A stretch of 64,000 nucleotides of DNA from Candidatus Bathyarchaeota archaeon (GTDB lineage: Archaea; Thermoproteota; Bathyarchaeia; Bathyarchaeales; DTEX01). The position numbers and the translations under genes were made by a program. A model generated the notes under the pieces. That model was not told the DNA's origin. It searched no databases and was given only the letters and a program-made list of their open reading frames with translations. Location of the stretch: the NCBI GenBank assembly GCA_018396635.1, contig JAGTQE010000005.1:11325-75324 (forward strand), written 5' to 3'. This document shows, piece after piece, positions 61,635 through 64,000 of this stretch (its first letter is position 1; each line of letters begins with the position of its first letter).

Positions 61635-62144
61635 ATGAAGATTGTTGGTAGAGCCATAAAGTATGGCGACAACATCAATACTGACATTATAATTCCAAGC
61701 AAATATTTGACAATACTAGACCCGAATGAGCTGGCTAAGCATGCAATGGAAAGCATAGATCCCGATTTTCCAAAGAAGGCTAGGGAAGGCGCAATCATCG
61801 TCGCCGGGAGAAATTTTGGGTGCGGTTCCAGCCGCGAGCAGGCGCCCATAGCACTCAAGTATGCTGGAGTAAAATGTATAGTTGCGGAGTCCTTTGCGCG
61901 CATATTCTACAGAAACTCTATAAATATAGGTTTACCGGTCCTAGAGGCCCCTGGGGTATCTAAGGATGTTGAGGAAGGTGATATGTTAACGGTCGCACTC
62001 GATGAGGGCGAAGTATTAAATGAGACGAAGGGTAAGATTATTAAGGCAAATAGGCTACCAGAATTTATTCTGGAAATCATTAGGGATGGGGGGTTAATTG
62101 AACATTTAATAAAGGTTCTTAGGGGTGGAAGGGTTGAAGTATAA
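61635..62144 (+). CDS. leuD: 3-isopropylmalate dehydratase small subunit
   Basis: NINTDII, NFGCGSSREQA, SFARIFYRN. Confidence 0.94.
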   Translation: MKIVGRAIKYGDNINTDIIIPSKYLTILDPNELAKHAMESIDPDFPKKAREGAIIVAGRNFGCGSSREQAPIALKYAGVKCIVAESFARIFYRNSINIGLPVLEAPGVSKDVEEGDMLTVALDEGEVLNETKGKIIKANRLPEFILEIIRDGGLIEHLIKVLRGGRVEV

Positions 62145-63168
62145 GGTTGCTTTAATCCCAGGCGACGGGATAGGACCGGAATTAACTGAGACAACAATGC
62201 ATGTCCTTAACGCTGTCCAGAGGAAGTTTGGCCTAAGCCTAGAGTTCATTGAGCTGGAAGCCGGAGATTCGTGCTATGAGAAGAGGGGTGTGGCGCTGCC
62301 TGAGGAGACTATAGCCGCAATACGGAGTTCGCATGCATGCTTGAAGGGGCCTGTAGGTGAGACTGCGGCAGACGTTATAGTTAAGCTTAGGATCATGTTC
62401 GACCTATACGCCAATATAAGGCCAATTAAATCCTATCCAAACGTTCCATGTCTAAGAGACGATATAGACATGGTTTTCGTGAGAGAGAACACAGAAGATC
62501 TCTATAAGGGCTTTGAATTCAAGCTTAGCGGCGACACGGCTGTGGCGCTTAGAGTTATAACTAGGAGGGGTTGTGAGCGCATAGCAAGAAAAGCGTTTGA
62601 GATAGCCATGAGGAGGAATAAGAGAAGAAGGGTGACTGCGGTGCATAAGGCGAATGTAATGCGTCTTACATGCGGCCTATTTGCGGAGGTCTGCCGCGAG
62701 GTTGCAAAGGAATATCCAAACATAACGTTTGATGAGCAGTACGTTGATGCAGCAGCCATGAGACTCATCAAGGAGCCACAGAACTTCGACGTTATTGTGA
62801 CAACGAACATGTTTGGGGATATATTATCTGATGAGGCTGCGCAGTTGATTGGTGGGTTAGGTATGGCTCCGGGAGGGAACATAGGCGATGACTTCGCGAT
62901 ATTTGAGCCGATCCATGGTTCAGCTCCGACCAGAGTTGGTAAGCATACTGCCAATCCATGTTCAATGATCCTTGCCGCTAGGATGATGCTTGAGTGGCTC
63001 GGTGAGAAGTATCATGATCAGCTATGCTCTAAGGCGGCTGAATCCATCGAGTTAGGCCTGATAGAGGCTTTAAAGAAGGGTCTATCAGTTCCAGACCTGG
63101 GCGGAAAATTGAAGACCGTTGAGATGGGTGAGGCTATAGCTAACGAGATAATGATGTTAAAAGTTTAG
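62134..63168 (+). CDS. leuB: 3-isopropylmalate dehydrogenase
   Basis: PGDGIGPE, RENTEDLY, HKANV, NMFGDILSD, EPIHGSAP; operon context. Confidence 0.9.
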   Translation: MKYKVALIPGDGIGPELTETTMHVLNAVQRKFGLSLEFIELEAGDSCYEKRGVALPEETIAAIRSSHACLKGPVGETAADVIVKLRIMFDLYANIRPIKSYPNVPCLRDDIDMVFVRENTEDLYKGFEFKLSGDTAVALRVITRRGCERIARKAFEIAMRRNKRRRVTAVHKANVMRLTCGLFAEVCREVAKEYPNITFDEQYVDAAAMRLIKEPQNFDVIVTTNMFGDILSDEAAQLIGGLGMAPGGNIGDDFAIFEPIHGSAPTRVGKHTANPCSMILAARMMLEWLGEKYHDQLCSKAAESIELGLIEALKKGLSVPDLGGKLKTVEMGEAIANEIMMLKV

Positions 63169-63180
63169 GTTGTGGTCTCT

Positions 63181-64000
63181 ATGGAGCCCGAGTATGTGAG
63201 GATTTTTGACACAACCCTCCGTGATGGGGAGCAGACCCCAGGCGTCTCGTTGACACCTGAGGAGAAACTAGAAATAGCATTTCAGCTCGATAAGCTGGGC
63301 GTGGATGTTATTGAAGCCGGGTTCCCGTCGGCATCTAAGGGTGAGGAGAGGGCTGTTAAGGAGATTGCGAATGCTGGATTAAGGGCGCAGGTTTGTGCTT
63401 TAGCCAGAGCGCTAACAAGTGATATAGATGCAGCTTTGAGGTGCGATGTTAAATATGTACATACCTTTATATCGACATCGGAGGTTCAGATGAAGTATGC
63501 CTTAAACATGACTCCTGAGCAAGTAATCGAGGCGGCTGTGAGCTCTGTCCAATACATTAAGGATCATGGCGCCTTCTGCGAGTTCTCGCCTATGGATGCC
63601 ACGAGAACCGATATGGAGTTTCTGAAGAGGGTTTGTAAGGCTGCTGAGGAGGCTGGCGCAGACTACATAAATATCCCTGATACGGTTGGAATCATGACTC
63701 CTAAATCTATGGAGAAGTTAATTAGGGAGCTGAAAAGCTTCTTAAAGGTTCCATTAAGCGTTCATTGTCACAACGACTTTGGTCTCGCCGTGGCGAATTC
63801 TCTTGCAGGAGTTGAGGGGGGAGCTACACAGATTCACGTGACGGTTAATGGGCTTGGCGAGAGGGCTGGGAACGCAGCCCTAGAGGAGGTTGTTTTAGCT
63901 TTACACCTACTCTATAACAAGAAGACGAAGATAAATACCAGGCTAATTTATGAGACTTCTAAAATGGTTTCGAGGTTAACTGGCGTAGTTGTCCAGCCCA
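63181..64000 (+). CDS. leuA: 2-isopropylmalate synthase (partial, runs off the window)
   Basis: MEPEYVRIFDTTLRDGEQTPG, VHTFISTS, PDTVG, HCHNDFG, GERAGN; not in the ORF track because it has no stop codon in the window. Confidence 0.85.
   Translation, partial: MEPEYVRIFDTTLRDGEQTPGVSLTPEEKLEIAFQLDKLGVDVIEAGFPSASKGEERAVKEIANAGLRAQVCALARALTSDIDAALRCDVKYVHTFISTSEVQMKYALNMTPEQVIEAAVSSVQYIKDHGAFCEFSPMDATRTDMEFLKRVCKAAEEAGADYINIPDTVGIMTPKSMEKLIRELKSFLKVPLSVHCHNDFGLAVANSLAGVEGGATQIHVTVNGLGERAGNAALEEVVLALHLLYNKKTKINTRLIYETSKMVSRLTGVVVQP
63844..63892 (+). repeat. 49-bp exact repeat, copy 2 (in leuA)
   Basis: Identical to 56043-56091. Confidence 0.9.

Noticed and set aside
355..62954. Numerous antisense or overlapping ORFs in the track (e.g. 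24523-25371, 14196-14801, 52367-52978)
   Set aside because: Shadow frames of well-supported genes on the opposite strand, with no motifs of their own.

Overview
Archaeal chromosomal segment. The gene content (fibrillarin/Nop5, Cbf5, L14e, TIP49, Mtd, NurA/HerA, many bacterial-type sugar-acid enzymes) is most consistent with Bathyarchaeia; that assignment is an inference. It carries housekeeping genes (thrC, pyrD/K/E, ileS, tldD/pmbA, hom, ilvD, cimA-ilvBNC-leuCDB-leuA) interspersed with uronate/carbohydrate catabolism genes. I saw no CRISPR array, transposase or rRNA gene. Main observations: (1) three intergenic box C/D-like guide RNA candidates that share a permuted order (guide-D-C-guide-D-C, no 5' C box), each about 25 nt behind its own TATA box, with guides complementary to consensus 16S rRNA or tRNA-Gln; (2) a threonine-synthase paralog that has lost the PLP lysine (SFKDR to SFRDR) and is fused to a PadR-type wHTH, followed by two ECF S-component genes sharing a 26-bp palindromic operator; (3) tRNA-Ser(GGA) with three BHB-type introns, directly downstream of a cbf5 gene split by a 38-nt intron in its catalytic Asp codon; (4) an IleRS with a GVHH signature, a cimA with a frameshifted start, a 49-bp identical tract shared by cimA and leuA, and a structured ilvB leader.
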